This document shows positions 1-10,180 of a stretch of 64,000 bases of DNA, one piece after another. Location of the stretch: positions 1-64,000 of IMG/VR virus record IMGVR_UViG_2663763407_000004; one strand, 5' to 3'. The translations under genes and the position numbers were made by a program. Each line of letters starts with the position of its first letter. Position 1 is the first letter of the stretch. The DNA comes from an uncultured virus (IMG/VR IMGVR_UViG_2663763407_000004). Its lineage: Duplodnaviria; Heunggongvirae; Uroviricota; Caudoviricetes. Below the pieces are notes generated by a model. That model saw nothing but the letters and a program-made list of their open reading frames with translations, ran no database searches and was not told the DNA's origin.

Positions 1-483
1 TTATTCCACTAAACATAATTCCCGCTCTACCTCGCGACGATTCTTTAACCCTTTCCACGACTGACCATCAGCATATATCCAGCGGCGTAACTCATCGCAA
101 GCGCCTTTGATGTCGCCAGTATTGAGCTTTTTAAGCAGCGTAGATTGGATAAAAGCATGCTGCCCGACGTTATAGGTGAACGAGTACAGAGCCGCTTTCT
201 GGTATTGGCTTAGTGGGATTTTCACAGCTGCATCAACAATGCGTTGTACCGGCGTCAGATCTTGTTGCAATAAAGCATCGCATTCCGCATCAGAATATTT
301 TTTACTGGGGATGATATCTTTACCGGTGTGGCCATCGCATACAGTGAGGACATTGACGACATCGTAGTAAGCCACATACTTGCGGCCCTCTAATCCATCT
401 TCACCACCTAGTAATACACCAGCAATAGCCAGTGCTCCGAAAGCAGAAACACCCATTAACTTACTGCGAAGAGTTGGAGACAT
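1..483 (-). CDS. Phage lysozyme/SAR-type endolysin (cryptic prophage)
   Basis: Hydrophobic N-terminus then EG..Y.D..V.TVC.GHTG lysozyme motif; closely resembles 44953-45435. Confidence 0.9.
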   Translation of the reverse strand: MSPTLRSKLMGVSAFGALAIAGVLLGGEDGLEGRKYVAYYDVVNVLTVCDGHTGKDIIPSKKYSDAECDALLQQDLTPVQRIVDAAVKIPLSQYQKAALYSFTYNVGQHAFIQSTLLKKLNTGDIKGACDELRRWIYADGQSWKGLKNRREVERELCLVE

Positions 484-484
484 T

Positions 485-661
485 TTATTTCTTCCGTAAT
501 TGAAATTCTTTTCGCTTATAGTGCCAATTCACAATAAAGGTTCCCGTCGTGCAGACAATACCGACTACCATGGCCCATTCGTTTAGAGATAACGCACCAA
601 TCGTTGTTGTTAACCCGCCGAACCACAAGGATATCGCGCTGGAATATTTATCCATCTTCAT
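485..661 (-). CDS. Class II holin, 58 aa, dual-start MKM motif
   Basis: Hand translation MKMDKYSSAISLWFGGLTTTIGALSLNEWAMVVGIVCTTGTFIVNWHYKRKEFQLRKK; directly upstream of endolysin; absent from ORF track. Confidence 0.85.
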   Translation of the reverse strand: MKMDKYSSAISLWFGGLTTTIGALSLNEWAMVVGIVCTTGTFIVNWHYKRKEFQLRKK

Positions 662-887
662 TGTCTCCCCCTGCCAGTTGGCCTGGGCATATATTTGCTG
701 CTTTTGGAAAATAGCTCGCCGCCGTGCCCCATCCAGACGCAGAGATTATTTGAGGATAATTGATGCTGGCGATGAACTATAAAAAACCACACAAATAGCG
801 AGGCCTAATAATTTAAATTATTATGTAAAAATACCGTCTCTTTCGGTGATAATAAGCCAACAACATAGACAAAAGGAAAATTGCTCG

Positions 888-1064
888 ATGAATACCGGTT
901 TTATTCTGCTCTGTATTTATGTAGTTGGCGTTATTATTTCTACTTTCATTATTTTCCCGCTGACACGTGACCAGAGCTTAGTAGTAAGGTGCTTATCATC
1001 ACTTTTAATTGGTATAACCTGGCCCTTAAGCCTGCCCGTTGCCCTGCTGCTCTCAATGTTCTAA
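888..1064 (+). CDS. GhoT/OrtT family membrane toxin
   Basis: 58 aa, two TM segments, C-terminal LLIGITWPLSLPVALL typical of GhoT/OrtT. Confidence 0.75.
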   Translation: MNTGFILLCIYVVGVIISTFIIFPLTRDQSLVVRCLSSLLIGITWPLSLPVALLLSMF

Positions 1065-1126
1065 TTAATACGCGTTAGGAGCTTAGCCCAAAAGTATCGG
1101 GCCTCATCAATGCTTGGGATAAAATG

Positions 1127-1155
1127 AAAAAACCCCGCCTGAGCGAGGTTTCTTT
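1127..1155. terminator. Probable bidirectional intrinsic terminator
   Basis: aaaaaaccccgcctgagcgaggtttcttt hairpin flanked by A and T runs between convergent genes. Confidence 0.55.
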
Positions 1156-1239
1156 GACTGTATGAGTGCAACTGCACAACCAACTGTTATCAGACTAATG
1201 CACTTTTTGCGGCCGCACCAACACTTTTATCATAAAAAA

Positions 1240-1659
1240 TTAATTTTGTATTTCGGCGTCCATCTCAAGGCGAATATCCATCATGGCAAGGCAACCATCA
1301 ACAAAGCCCTCAGCCATTTGTAGATTTATTCTTATTGCTCTTTCGTCTTTCTTTTGTTGCCTTGCAATAGCACGTTTAGATTGATTATAGACATAATGCC
1401 GAATGACCAATTCCCACTCGTCATACCGATGACGTTTTAAACGAGAAACACATCCATCAACGGCTAATCCATCATCATCACAACATGAAGGTCGTGATGA
1501 GGTGGTGTACGGGAGTAAACCTTTAAACCCTGCGGCAATAGAGGAATAGTCAATACCTGAATTATCTTTAGCCCATACACCCCAGCGTTCAAGAACAAGT
1601 TGAATATTACGCCTTGGTTTTTTCTGCCCTGAAGGCAAGTTTTTCGATATTCGCATCAT
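1240..1659 (-). CDS. Antiterminator Q family protein
   Basis: RNIQLVLERWGVWA, CCDDDGL and AEGFVDG motifs; upstream of lysis genes. Confidence 0.85.
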   Translation of the reverse strand: MMRISKNLPSGQKKPRRNIQLVLERWGVWAKDNSGIDYSSIAAGFKGLLPYTTSSRPSCCDDDGLAVDGCVSRLKRHRYDEWELVIRHYVYNQSKRAIARQQKKDERAIRINLQMAEGFVDGCLAMMDIRLEMDAEIQN

Positions 1660-1737
1660 AACTCTTCTTCCTTCCGTGAAATATACTGTGTGTGCATAAC
1701 GCCCCGTCCTAATTAGGGTCGATGGTGGCGCTATTAA

Positions 1738-2010
1738 TTAAATGGGGGAGTTTATGGAAAATATGGCATTTCCAGGCCCCTGCCCATTTGGAGGTTTAAT
1801 TGCACAGCGCGGCAATACATCACAGTATTTGAGGCAAGTTATAGGGGCTGCGTGCTTATCTGCCCACAAGCCGCTATGACGAATATATTTTGTTAAATAG
1901 TTGACGTAGCTGCATCTCAACTTGATTTTATAATGCAGATACTCCCTGACTTCGAGCATGGCCGGTGTCAGTATGTTATTGTCAGATTTGATAAATGATA
2001 GTTGTGTCAT
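1738..2010 (-). pseudogene. Truncated DUF1367-like (nin region) gene
   Basis: N-terminus MTQLSFIKSDNNILTPA resembles DUF1367 proteins, then degenerates. Confidence 0.45.
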
Positions 2011-2083
2011 CTTGCCCCCTTGAGTGATGACACAACAACTGCTTAGGTTGTCAGTTGTTCAGGCCGACAGAGCTATTATTCCG

Positions 2084-2266
2084 TTAAACATCGGGCATTG
2101 AAATTGTATACCCGGCTATTTCTGCCAATTCGATTAATACCGGTAAGGTCGCGACAAACTGATTATCTCTTAAGTGTTCCACACTCACTATCTCACCATG
2201 TTCGCAACGGAGTAAAACTGTACCATCCGAAGGCAGAAGCTTAATCAAGTTTTCTATAGGAATCAT
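2084..2266 (-). CDS. Small phage hypothetical protein
   Basis: 60-aa ORF with AAGGA RBS. Confidence 0.5.
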   Translation of the reverse strand: MIPIENLIKLLPSDGTVLLRCEHGEIVSVEHLRDNQFVATLPVLIELAEIAGYTISMPDV

Positions 2267-2409
2267 TAGGTAACATCCTTATATTATTAACCCCCTACAG
2301 GGGACCCGATTAAACTCGATTTCCCTTCTAACTAAATTAATTAAAACCACATATTAGAAATAGCTGACATAACCCCATGAAAGAGGAAATATCAGCTGCT
2401 CTCATTTTA

Positions 2410-3054
2410 TTAAGTGTCTTTTTCCCAAGGGCATAGCTCGGTTAACGCGGTTTCCAGCGTGGAGATATCGTCAGAGCTGAGCAATGGGATCAGCTTTTCA
2501 ATTTCATCATCTGGTCGTTTATAAATCCGTAGATTTACGATCCTCGTAATGACATCTTCAGAGAAACGGTATTTTATGACCCGAGCCGGGTTGCCACCGA
2601 CGACGGCATACGCAGGAATATCTTTTGTGACAATACTCCCCGCAGCAATAACAGCGCCCTCTCCGACCGTAATACCAGGCATAACCATACAGCGCATTCC
2701 AAGCCAGCAGCCATCATTCAGTACGGTATTTCCTCTGGGCTGATAAGATTTTTTCACCATACTCATAAAGGGATAAAGGCTAATAAAATCAATGGAGTGA
2801 TTATGATTCCCGCCCATTAATATTACAGCTTCCGCACCAATACAGACATAATCACCAATAATAAGTTGGTCAATATGCCCAAGCGGCTCCCATTGCTGGC
2901 TAACGTTGTCGCCGTGGAGATAACGAACAACCGAGAGTTCAAACCCATCATCCCAACAGTCACTGTAGTAACTATGTTGGCCTCTGATCAAAATATTCGG
3001 GTTCTTGACGGAAAGATGCAGATACTCGACTTGTGACCAGTGTTTATTTTTCAT
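2410..3054 (-). CDS. CatB/CatC/Vat-type hexapeptide-repeat O-acetyltransferase
   Basis: LIIGDYVCIG..MGGNHNH and ITVGEGAVIAAGSIVTKDIPAYAVVGGNPA; N-terminus resembles Vibrio type-C CAT. Confidence 0.85.
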   Translation of the reverse strand: MKNKHWSQVEYLHLSVKNPNILIRGQHSYYSDCWDDGFELSVVRYLHGDNVSQQWEPLGHIDQLIIGDYVCIGAEAVILMGGNHNHSIDFISLYPFMSMVKKSYQPRGNTVLNDGCWLGMRCMVMPGITVGEGAVIAAGSIVTKDIPAYAVVGGNPARVIKYRFSEDVITRIVNLRIYKRPDDEIEKLIPLLSSDDISTLETALTELCPWEKDT

Positions 3055-3111
3055 GACTTTTTCCTTTTCGATAAAAGAAAGCCACGGAACGTGTTGATTT
3101 CGTGGCAGTGA

Positions 3112-3189
3112 TTATACGTTCAGATAACCACTGCTTTTAGCTATTCGAGGATGGAACATCAGCGGACAACGGAAATAATTTATATTCAT
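3112..3189 (-). CDS. Putative leader peptide (25 aa) of acetyltransferase gene
   Basis: AGGTGG RBS, MNINYFRCPLMFHPRIAKSSGYLNV*, followed by gccacg..cgtggc hairpin and T-rich run. Confidence 0.45.
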   Translation of the reverse strand: MNINYFRCPLMFHPRIAKSSGYLNV

Positions 3190-3454
3190 AAAAACCACCT
3201 TTTAGCTTATTTTAAGTAGATTTTCTCATATGTTCAATTGTGATTTTTTATAACTAACCTTTTAACACTAGAGTTGCCTACCGCTACGTAATGGGTATTT
3301 TTGATCCCAGCCCAGTTTGGGCTGAAGATGGGCATTTTTGTCTGGGTAGCTTCAACCTCCACGTTAAACAGCAACCAGATTAAATCATAGGGTTACATCA
3401 AAGTACAACTAAAGAGTTATTTATATAATTAAACCTTTGATTTATAATCTTGAT

Positions 3455-3874
3455 ATGAAAGAAGAAAAAAGCTCACTGGAACCGCCTATTGCGGCTCGAC
3501 TTTATCACTTAATGAATAAAACCGGCGTGAATAAGTCGGGGCTTGCTCGTATCTGCGGAATAACTCCTCAAGCCGCTGGTCGCTGGTTCACGAAAGGAAA
3601 GATAAGCAAAGATTCGGCATTAAAATTATCTGAAGCCTTTGGTGTTTCCCTTTCCTGGTTGCTAAGTGATGAAACGGATAACCCAGAGCTCCCCACCGTC
3701 TCAGAAGTCGTTTTAAGTGAAAGACAAAGGGAATTGCTGAATTTGTTTGACCGACTACCTGAAAGTGATAAAGACAATTATATTGAAGCACTTAGGACCA
3801 AAGTTGAGAACTACGACAGGTTATTCAATGAGCTATTGAAATCCAGAAATATCAAAGAATTATCCTTAAAGTAG
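3455..3874 (+). CDS. Cro/CI-type HTH repressor (DicA-like)
   Basis: NKSGLARICGITPQAAGRWF HTH; TATAAT at 3443-3448 just before ATG suggests a leaderless mRNA. Confidence 0.85.
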   Translation: MKEEKSSLEPPIAARLYHLMNKTGVNKSGLARICGITPQAAGRWFTKGKISKDSALKLSEAFGVSLSWLLSDETDNPELPTVSEVVLSERQRELLNLFDRLPESDKDNYIEALRTKVENYDRLFNELLKSRNIKELSLK

Positions 3875-3902
3875 AAACAATAGACAAAATAAATCACCAA
3901 TG

Positions 3903-3926
3903 AAACCAGCTCTTGCTGGTTTTTTC
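3903..3926 (+). terminator. Intrinsic terminator
   Basis: aaaccagc-tctt-gctggttttttt. Confidence 0.7.
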
Positions 3927-4188
3927 GTCTAAACTTCAAAACATTAACCCTATGATTGATAATGAAGTAAAACTAATGATTGATATCAATATAACTCTAT
4001 GATTTAATCCACTCATCAACGGCACAGCAGCCGCTTAGGTGAGCAAGTTCTGACAATCTGAAAGCAGATAAATCGTGAGTAAAGCATAATTTTTGGAATA
4101 AGAATGGAATATAAAAAGATAGACTAAATAACAACTCCATCAATATAATCAACTCACTCATACACCAATTTATATAAGGAGGATTGCC

Positions 4189-4272
4189 ATGTTGACCCGT
4201 GAAATGTTTTTAGTTTCGCTCGTCCTTAGCGATCGTCATTGCTCAAGCATTACTGGTATCGTGCTGCGATAA
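4189..4272 (+). CDS. Putative leader peptide (27 aa) of ABC-F gene
   Basis: Strong AAGGAGG RBS, MLTREMFLVSLVLSDRHCSSITGIVLR*. Confidence 0.55.
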   Translation: MLTREMFLVSLVLSDRHCSSITGIVLR

Positions 4273-4384
4273 CCTGCTTGAGCGAAGCTAACTAAACAAT
4301 CTGAGAACTTCCCTCCGGCTTACCGGTTATCGTCAGTAATTTTTGACGATAGGCATTTTTATGCCTGAAATCTGGATAAGCATC

Positions 4385-6124
4385 ATGAGTACATTACTTT
4401 CTGCACAATCTGTCAGCTACGACAACACCTTCGGTCCGTTACTGGCTGAGATTTCTTTTAGCCTGAAAAAAGGCGACCGCATCGGCCTGATTGGGCATAA
4501 CGGCTGTGGCAAAAGTACCCTTCTGAATATCCTCAGCGGTGCACTATCTATGACCTCTGGCACCATCACAACAGCAAATCAATGCTTGATGGCCACGGTA
4601 GAACAGCATCTGCCCTGCGCATTAAACGAAGCTACGTTGATAGATGCGGTGCTCAATCATCTGCCGGGCAGCCTGCACCAACCGGAACGCTGGCAAGCCG
4701 AAGTCCTACTCGCCACACTGGGTTTTGAGGAAAACGTATGGTCACTGACTGCCGCAACTCTGAGCGGCGGGCAACATACGCGCCTGCTGCTAGCGCGAGC
4801 TTTGATCCGCCAGCCGGATTTACTGCTGCTGGATGAGCCCAGTAACCACCTGGATTTACCAACTCTGCTATGGCTTGAACAGTTTCTACAAAATTGGGGA
4901 GGCAGCTTTGTACTGGTATCGCACGACCGCAGCCTGCTCGACCGCGTGACCAACTGCACCTGGATCTTGCGCGATAAAACCCTGCAATTTATTCGTCTAC
5001 CCTGCTCACAAGCCAGGCTGGCGTTAGAAGAAAAGGATAGCGCCGATGCTCATCGCCATCATGCAGAACAAAAGGAGATCGACCGAGTAGCGAAAAGTGC
5101 CAAACGGTTGGCTATCTGGGGCAGCGTGTATGACAACGAAAAGCTGGCTCGTAAAGCCAAGCAGATGGAGAAACAAGTTGATCGAATGAAGGAAGATCAA
5201 ACTCTATTAACGGCCGGCAATCAATGGCAATTGCGGCTCAATGGTGAAGCATTGCCTGCTGATCGTGTGCTGGCACTATCTGATTTGCAGGTGCGTCCTG
5301 CGCCGGATGCACCTGTTTTATTCGAACTGGATGAAGTTAGAGTAAAAAGTGGCGATCGCATCGCGCTAGTTGGCCGCAATGGCTGCGGTAAGTCATCGTT
5401 ATTACATAGCTTATGGCAGGAATTTAACCAGCCAGAAACCTCCGATGCGGGTATAGTTTTTCATCCAAAAGTCCGTATGGGATATTACGATCAAAGCCTA
5501 CATCAATTACACGATGACGATTCAATCAGCGACGCGCTGACGCCTTTTGCACCATTGACGGAAGACCAGCGAAAAATGGCGCTGATTGGTGCGGGCTTCC
5601 CTTACCTGCGGCATCAACAAAAGGTAAGTACCCTAAGCGGTGGTGAACGTTCACGGCTGCTGTTTATCGGCTTAACACTGGCAAACTATTCGTTACTGCT
5701 ACTGGATGAGCCGACCAACCACCTCGATATAGAAGGTAAAGAGGAACTGGCGGAAACACTAAAAACGTTCAAAGGTGCAGTATTATTGGTGTCACATGAC
5801 CGCATGCTAATTGAGCAAAGTTGTAATCGCTTCTGGTTGATCCACCAACAACGGCTCGAAGAGTGGCACGACCTGGCTCCGGTTTACAACATTCTGGCCG
5901 ATAAACCAGTAATAGCGCCGAGTTCAAGTTCAGCCATTGCTACAGCTGCTATTACCACCCTCATGAAAAGTGAGGAAGATTATTTGCTGACAGCCTTGCT
6001 GGATCTGGAGGCCAAACTGGCCGAGGATTTGGCGCGGAAACCTAAACACCAAAAAATCACATTACAACGTGAGTGGCAGCAACAAATCGACGAGCTTAAT
6101 AGTCTGCTAGGTTTAAGAGAGTGA
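4385..6124 (+). CDS. ABC-F family ATP-binding protein (ribosome-associated)
   Basis: Two NBDs (GHNGCGKS, GRNGCGKS; LSGG; LLDEP), helical linker, no TM domains; start could be 4343 or 4361. Confidence 0.9.
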   Translation: MSTLLSAQSVSYDNTFGPLLAEISFSLKKGDRIGLIGHNGCGKSTLLNILSGALSMTSGTITTANQCLMATVEQHLPCALNEATLIDAVLNHLPGSLHQPERWQAEVLLATLGFEENVWSLTAATLSGGQHTRLLLARALIRQPDLLLLDEPSNHLDLPTLLWLEQFLQNWGGSFVLVSHDRSLLDRVTNCTWILRDKTLQFIRLPCSQARLALEEKDSADAHRHHAEQKEIDRVAKSAKRLAIWGSVYDNEKLARKAKQMEKQVDRMKEDQTLLTAGNQWQLRLNGEALPADRVLALSDLQVRPAPDAPVLFELDEVRVKSGDRIALVGRNGCGKSSLLHSLWQEFNQPETSDAGIVFHPKVRMGYYDQSLHQLHDDDSISDALTPFAPLTEDQRKMALIGAGFPYLRHQQKVSTLSGGERSRLLFIGLTLANYSLLLLDEPTNHLDIEGKEELAETLKTFKGAVLLVSHDRMLIEQSCNRFWLIHQQRLEEWHDLAPVYNILADKPVIAPSSSSAIATAAITTLMKSEEDYLLTALLDLEAKLAEDLARKPKHQKITLQREWQQQIDELNSLLGLRE

Positions 6125-6179
6125 GGACTAACGGATTCAAAAGTTTTTAACTCAAATATCCGCTGGGTGTATGACCAAT

Positions 6180-6209
6180 AAGCCTCATCAGTTTCTGATG
6201 GGGCTTATT
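6180..6209 (+). terminator. Hairpin/terminator after ABC-F
   Basis: aagcctcatcag-ttt-ctgatggggctt. Confidence 0.5.
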
Positions 6210-6585
6210 CCATGCTTTCAGGTTGCTGGCTCCCACAAAAATCAGTACCAGTAAACATAAATCGCCAACTAGACAGTATAACTCTCGCCATAATTTCAAA
6301 CTATTTTCAGAGCCTCGCTCGCTATAATCCTAGGGTATTACCTGTGACAACATTCACCGTTATCTATCTGGATTCCCATAGAAATGAGTGGGTAAAAATT
6401 TCGCCGGTTGAACCTGGCTAAAATAATCAATGTAGAAACCATGGCCGGACATCGATTATTTATTTTTTTATCAGAGATAAGAAAAATATTTACTCCACGA
6501 AAAGGCTAAATACAGAGCTTTCTTGTAGAAAATCTATTGAGCAATAGATATGCAGTGGCACTGCTTTAGTTAACACCATAAGGAA

Positions 6586-7189
6586 ATGGATATGAGTCTT
6601 AGCTTGCCTGGCAATGATTTGTATTACCTGCCACGTGATAATCTTCCCCCCGAAGAGTATGAGCGCATAATAAGCGCGTACGCCGCATGGTCACGTATCT
6701 GCCGTGAGTATGAATTTGATGACCACAATAATAATGGTCGTTACATTATTAATATGCGTGAAAATAGGGCAGCCTCGCATTCGAGAGCATCTCGTGGGGC
6801 TAGGGAAAAAGACAAACTGGAAAAAATGGTATTTTCCGGCGATGTTGTCATGCTTAGCGACATTCATGGCCCTGCCAAGCTATTTTACATTGATGAAAAC
6901 GGTAAGCTGATTTGCACCGATCCACTTGGTTTTCGTTTTGATGGTGTGAAAAAGATTATCGCTGAATTTAATAGCTCGGTGAGTAGAAAAGATTATAGTC
7001 ACTCTGAAGGAAAACCACGACCAACACAGGTTCAGCGTTTGGTACGTGCTTCTGTACCTGATTTGCCAGCACAGCAAGCCTTCCGTACTATTAACACCAA
7101 GGCTGCCGGAGCGACTGCTGGCTGCCGGAGGCGTTTACAACGGAAATGTTGAAGGTTATACGAAAACAGCCCAAGATTTAGGCGGTTAA
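6586..7189 (+). pseudogene. Frameshifted N-terminal part of a polymorphic toxin
   Basis: After a frameshift near 7110 the sequence reads RLLAAGGVYNGNVEGYTKTAQDLGG*, a linker seen in enterobacterial polymorphic toxins. Confidence 0.55.
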
Positions 7190-7205
7190 GCAAGCTAAAG
7201 CAAAA

Positions 7206-7493
7206 GTGTTAGCTGACGGTACTAGAGAAACGTTCCCTAATGGAAATATGGCGGATGCTCATGCCGAAATAGGTGCTCTTCAACAAGCACATGAAGCTGG
7301 GGTCTCGAAGGGAGCCGATATAAACATGGTTGTGAGCGGTAAAGATGTCTGTGGTTACTGTAGAGGCGAGTTTACTTCAGCCGCAAATGCCGCTGAAGTA
7401 AACTCGCTCACTATACATGCTGTCGATAAATATGGTGACCCAGTAAAATACACATGGGAAACAGGAATGAAATTTATCAAGGTGGCTAAATGA
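7206..7493 (+). CDS. Cytidine-deaminase-fold toxin C-terminal domain (probably truncated)
   Basis: HAE..(27 aa)..VCGYC zinc deaminase signature. Confidence 0.75.
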   Translation: MLADGTRETFPNGNMADAHAEIGALQQAHEAGVSKGADINMVVSGKDVCGYCRGEFTSAANAAEVNSLTIHAVDKYGDPVKYTWETGMKFIKVAK

Positions 7494-7900
7494 ATAAAGA
7501 TATGGTGTTAGGCGGTTATTTCTTTAGCCCTTCTGGTGATAGGGAACAGTTAAAACCTTTAAAGAAGCCTTCTGAGGATGACTTACTCCAAGTCCTTGAA
7601 CTTTTCCGTGATAACGTTGGTGTGTTGGGTATGAAAAATAACGCTTGTGACGATATCGGTCCTGAAGAGTTATCTTTATACACTGAATCTGGACGCTATA
7701 TGTTGTTGCTAGGTAAAAATGATTGTGATGGTGAATATAACGTCAGGACGTTGCACAACCTAAACTCACCAGGTGGCTTGCAGCTTATGCACGGTGAACC
7801 TTATGGAGCATCAACTATAGTTGATGATTTTGATCCGGTGATCACTGCTTTTCGAGAGTATCTAGCTGCTGGTAATGTATCGACAGACCTCCTTTATTAA
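7490..7900 (+). CDS. Putative immunity protein of the deaminase toxin
   Basis: Acidic 136-aa ORF whose start overlaps the toxin stop codon by 4 nt. Confidence 0.65.
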   Translation: MNKDMVLGGYFFSPSGDREQLKPLKKPSEDDLLQVLELFRDNVGVLGMKNNACDDIGPEELSLYTESGRYMLLLGKNDCDGEYNVRTLHNLNSPGGLQLMHGEPYGASTIVDDFDPVITAFREYLAAGNVSTDLLY

Positions 7901-8229
7901 TATTGCTTAAGTCATCAAAATGGCGATCCAACCCAGCGCCATTGCTAGGTTTTCGTGCTTGATCCCGACATCGTAATTACTCCAATAACGCGTCAAAACT
8001 CATGCTTTATTAACGCGTCAAGGATATCCGAATTGGTAGTTTTGAGATTTATTAACGCCAATAAATTGGATGAAAACATCATGCTGCAGATGATTATATT
8101 TTTTGAGATAACTTAGATAATTAATTGACAAGCCATATAACCTTATATTTAACAAAGTATTATTTATTAAAATTATGGGGATATAACAACATTCATAAGA
8201 AAACCGCATTATTAGACAAGAGATAAAAA

Positions 8230-8640
8230 ACATTGACACCCTCATGAAATATCCGTTGACCAATCAGTTCTGTCTTTAGAGCTACCATGGTTTTTATAAC
8301 ACCGAAACTTCCCCCTGCGGCGTGGAGTTCTGTATTCATTCCCTCTTCGGGAAAATTCTCAATTAAGATATCCTCGCTACTTTTATTTTTAAATCTCTCG
8401 CTCATAAAATATTCATATCAATAGCATTCCCTTCGGCATGTCTGATTCTTAATGATGGCGCTACGTTAAGCCCTCTCATACAGTACACTTTTACCATATT
8501 CTGTGTAGCTTTAATGCTTTTCGCAGTGTCCATACTGCCATCGATCTTTTAATGCGCCCATTGGATGCAAACACCCGTTTCAACCCGTACATATTCAGGC
8601 TTGGCAAGGTTTTTTGATATTTTACAAGACCAGTGCATCA
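8230..8640 (-). pseudogene. Decayed M15-like peptidoglycan peptidase/effector relic
   Basis: Fragmented frames include RHAEGNAIDM (HxxGxAxD) and GMNTELHAAGGSFGVIK. Confidence 0.3.
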
Positions 8641-8776
8641 AATAAACCCTCTCTGGGGGATTAATGTTGCAAATATAATTACTGCCGCGCAAATCTTATT
8701 AATTTAGATATAAAATTATCAATGCTTATTTTAAATGACGGACTTAATAATGAATTCCCTTTAGAAGTATTGTTAT

Positions 8777-9403
8777 CTATATACCAATGATAATACTCAA
8801 CGTCATTGAACCATCTATTTTAACATTCTCTGTAATGGGGCCTTTCATATCAGCAACACTGCCAAGTCTCGGCATGACTTCAATATCAGCACTGAATACT
8901 TTTCCTGGTGCTTTTTTTGCATTAGCATGGACCCAGCTCAGCCCATTCAGTGGCCCAATGCTTAATGATAAAATAGCCGCAGCGGCTTCTTCCTGTTTAC
9001 GGAAATATTTTGCAGTACCATCAACCTTTGCATTTGAAAAATAAACGCCGTAATCACCTATTTTTCCGGCGCCATTAACAAAACCTAATCCATAGCGACC
9101 TCCGGACGTGCTACTGCCAGCACGGTTATCGCTACCGGTCACGCTAACGTAGGTTTCAGCATCACAAATTACTGACCAGTTTTTGGTTATTGAAGGCAAT
9201 ACGGTGAGTGCCGAAGGTTTAACAGTATGCCCTGCAATTTCACCGACGTTATAGACTCCGCCGTCTGGAGCCATGACAATACAACCAGGGGGGCTCACCT
9301 GACCTTTGACTGTTAATTCTGCTGTTGGTGCTTTTGCGTTTGCTGCATTGAAGCCAAAAATCAAATAAGACAGTGCTGTAAGTGCTATCAGTTGCTTTTT
9401 CAT
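8777..9403 (-). CDS. DUF1120 / fimbrial-like exported protein
   Basis: Signal peptide; AELTVKG..PPGC, C.AET..DNR.GS and IDGSMT motifs. Confidence 0.75.
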   Translation of the reverse strand: MKKQLIALTALSYLIFGFNAANAKAPTAELTVKGQVSPPGCIVMAPDGGVYNVGEIAGHTVKPSALTVLPSITKNWSVICDAETYVSVTGSDNRAGSSTSGGRYGLGFVNGAGKIGDYGVYFSNAKVDGTAKYFRKQEEAAAAILSLSIGPLNGLSWVHANAKKAPGKVFSADIEVMPRLGSVADMKGPITENVKIDGSMTLSIIIGI

Positions 9404-9623
9404 GTTTATAGTCTGAGGTTATTCTAATTACATTATAAAATGTCAACACAATTGAGGTTATCAAAGTAACAATTTTATCAAAGTTTGATATTAATCAACA
9501 TTTTACCTTGTTGAGGTGATTAAACAATAAACAAAAAGGGGCGTATATCAGAATGGAAGCTGACTTATTGTAAGATATTTCTTATGCGAGATAATTTATT
9601 GTTATTTTTACAACAATAAATAC

Positions 9624-9815
9624 GGCTCTGTTGCAGTAATCCGTCGTCAGGCAATATGTTATTTTTTACGATGTTTTCTGCATATACCACTGAAAATACA
9701 GCACTGTTCATTGATATGGTCGCACAATGTATTTGGCTTGAACCTACACAATTTGGAGGAGATGATGGCAGAGTACGGTATTATCATTGACCATTCCCCG
9801 CTTTACCATTGAGTC
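9624..9815 (+). mobile_element. IS6-family relic
   Basis: ggctctgttgca resembles the IS6/IS26 terminal repeat; NLEEMMAEYGIIIDHSPLYH* resembles the IS6 transposase N-terminus. Confidence 0.6.
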
Positions 9816-10021
9816 ACGGAGTGCCCCTGCGTCCATAGCCATTTACGTTCAAAATATAGATTGACTCTTTTCACTGTCTGGCGCACCAGTTAGCTTTTCA
9901 TGGCCATCAACCTGTCGATATGTTCACATTTCTGGCGGTAATACATAGATAAAGAACGTTGCATTAGATTAGTTAGGCGTCATTTTGCAAACGATGAAGC
10001 CGCTAAGTACTTCTTTCAAAA

Positions 10022-10165
10022 TTTCATGAGATCAGAAGTTTAGCCGGACGATTGTATGAAAAGGAAAAAGGTAAGGAATTTGCGATGAAACTGCTGGGGC
10101 ATAAATCGGAGAAGATGACGAACAAGTATCTGGATACGAGGGGTAAAGAATACGTAATGCTATAA
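10022..10165 (+). pseudogene. int: C-terminal fragment of lambda-type tyrosine integrase
   Basis: FHEIRSLAGRLY...LLGHKSEKMTNKYLDTRG* (HxxR, LGH, catalytic Y); no N-terminal part. Confidence 0.85.
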
Positions 10166-10180
10166 AAGACCGAATATCAG

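Noticed and set aside
8018..8263. 81-aa AT-rich ORF
   Set aside because: No recognisable motif; lies in decayed sequence
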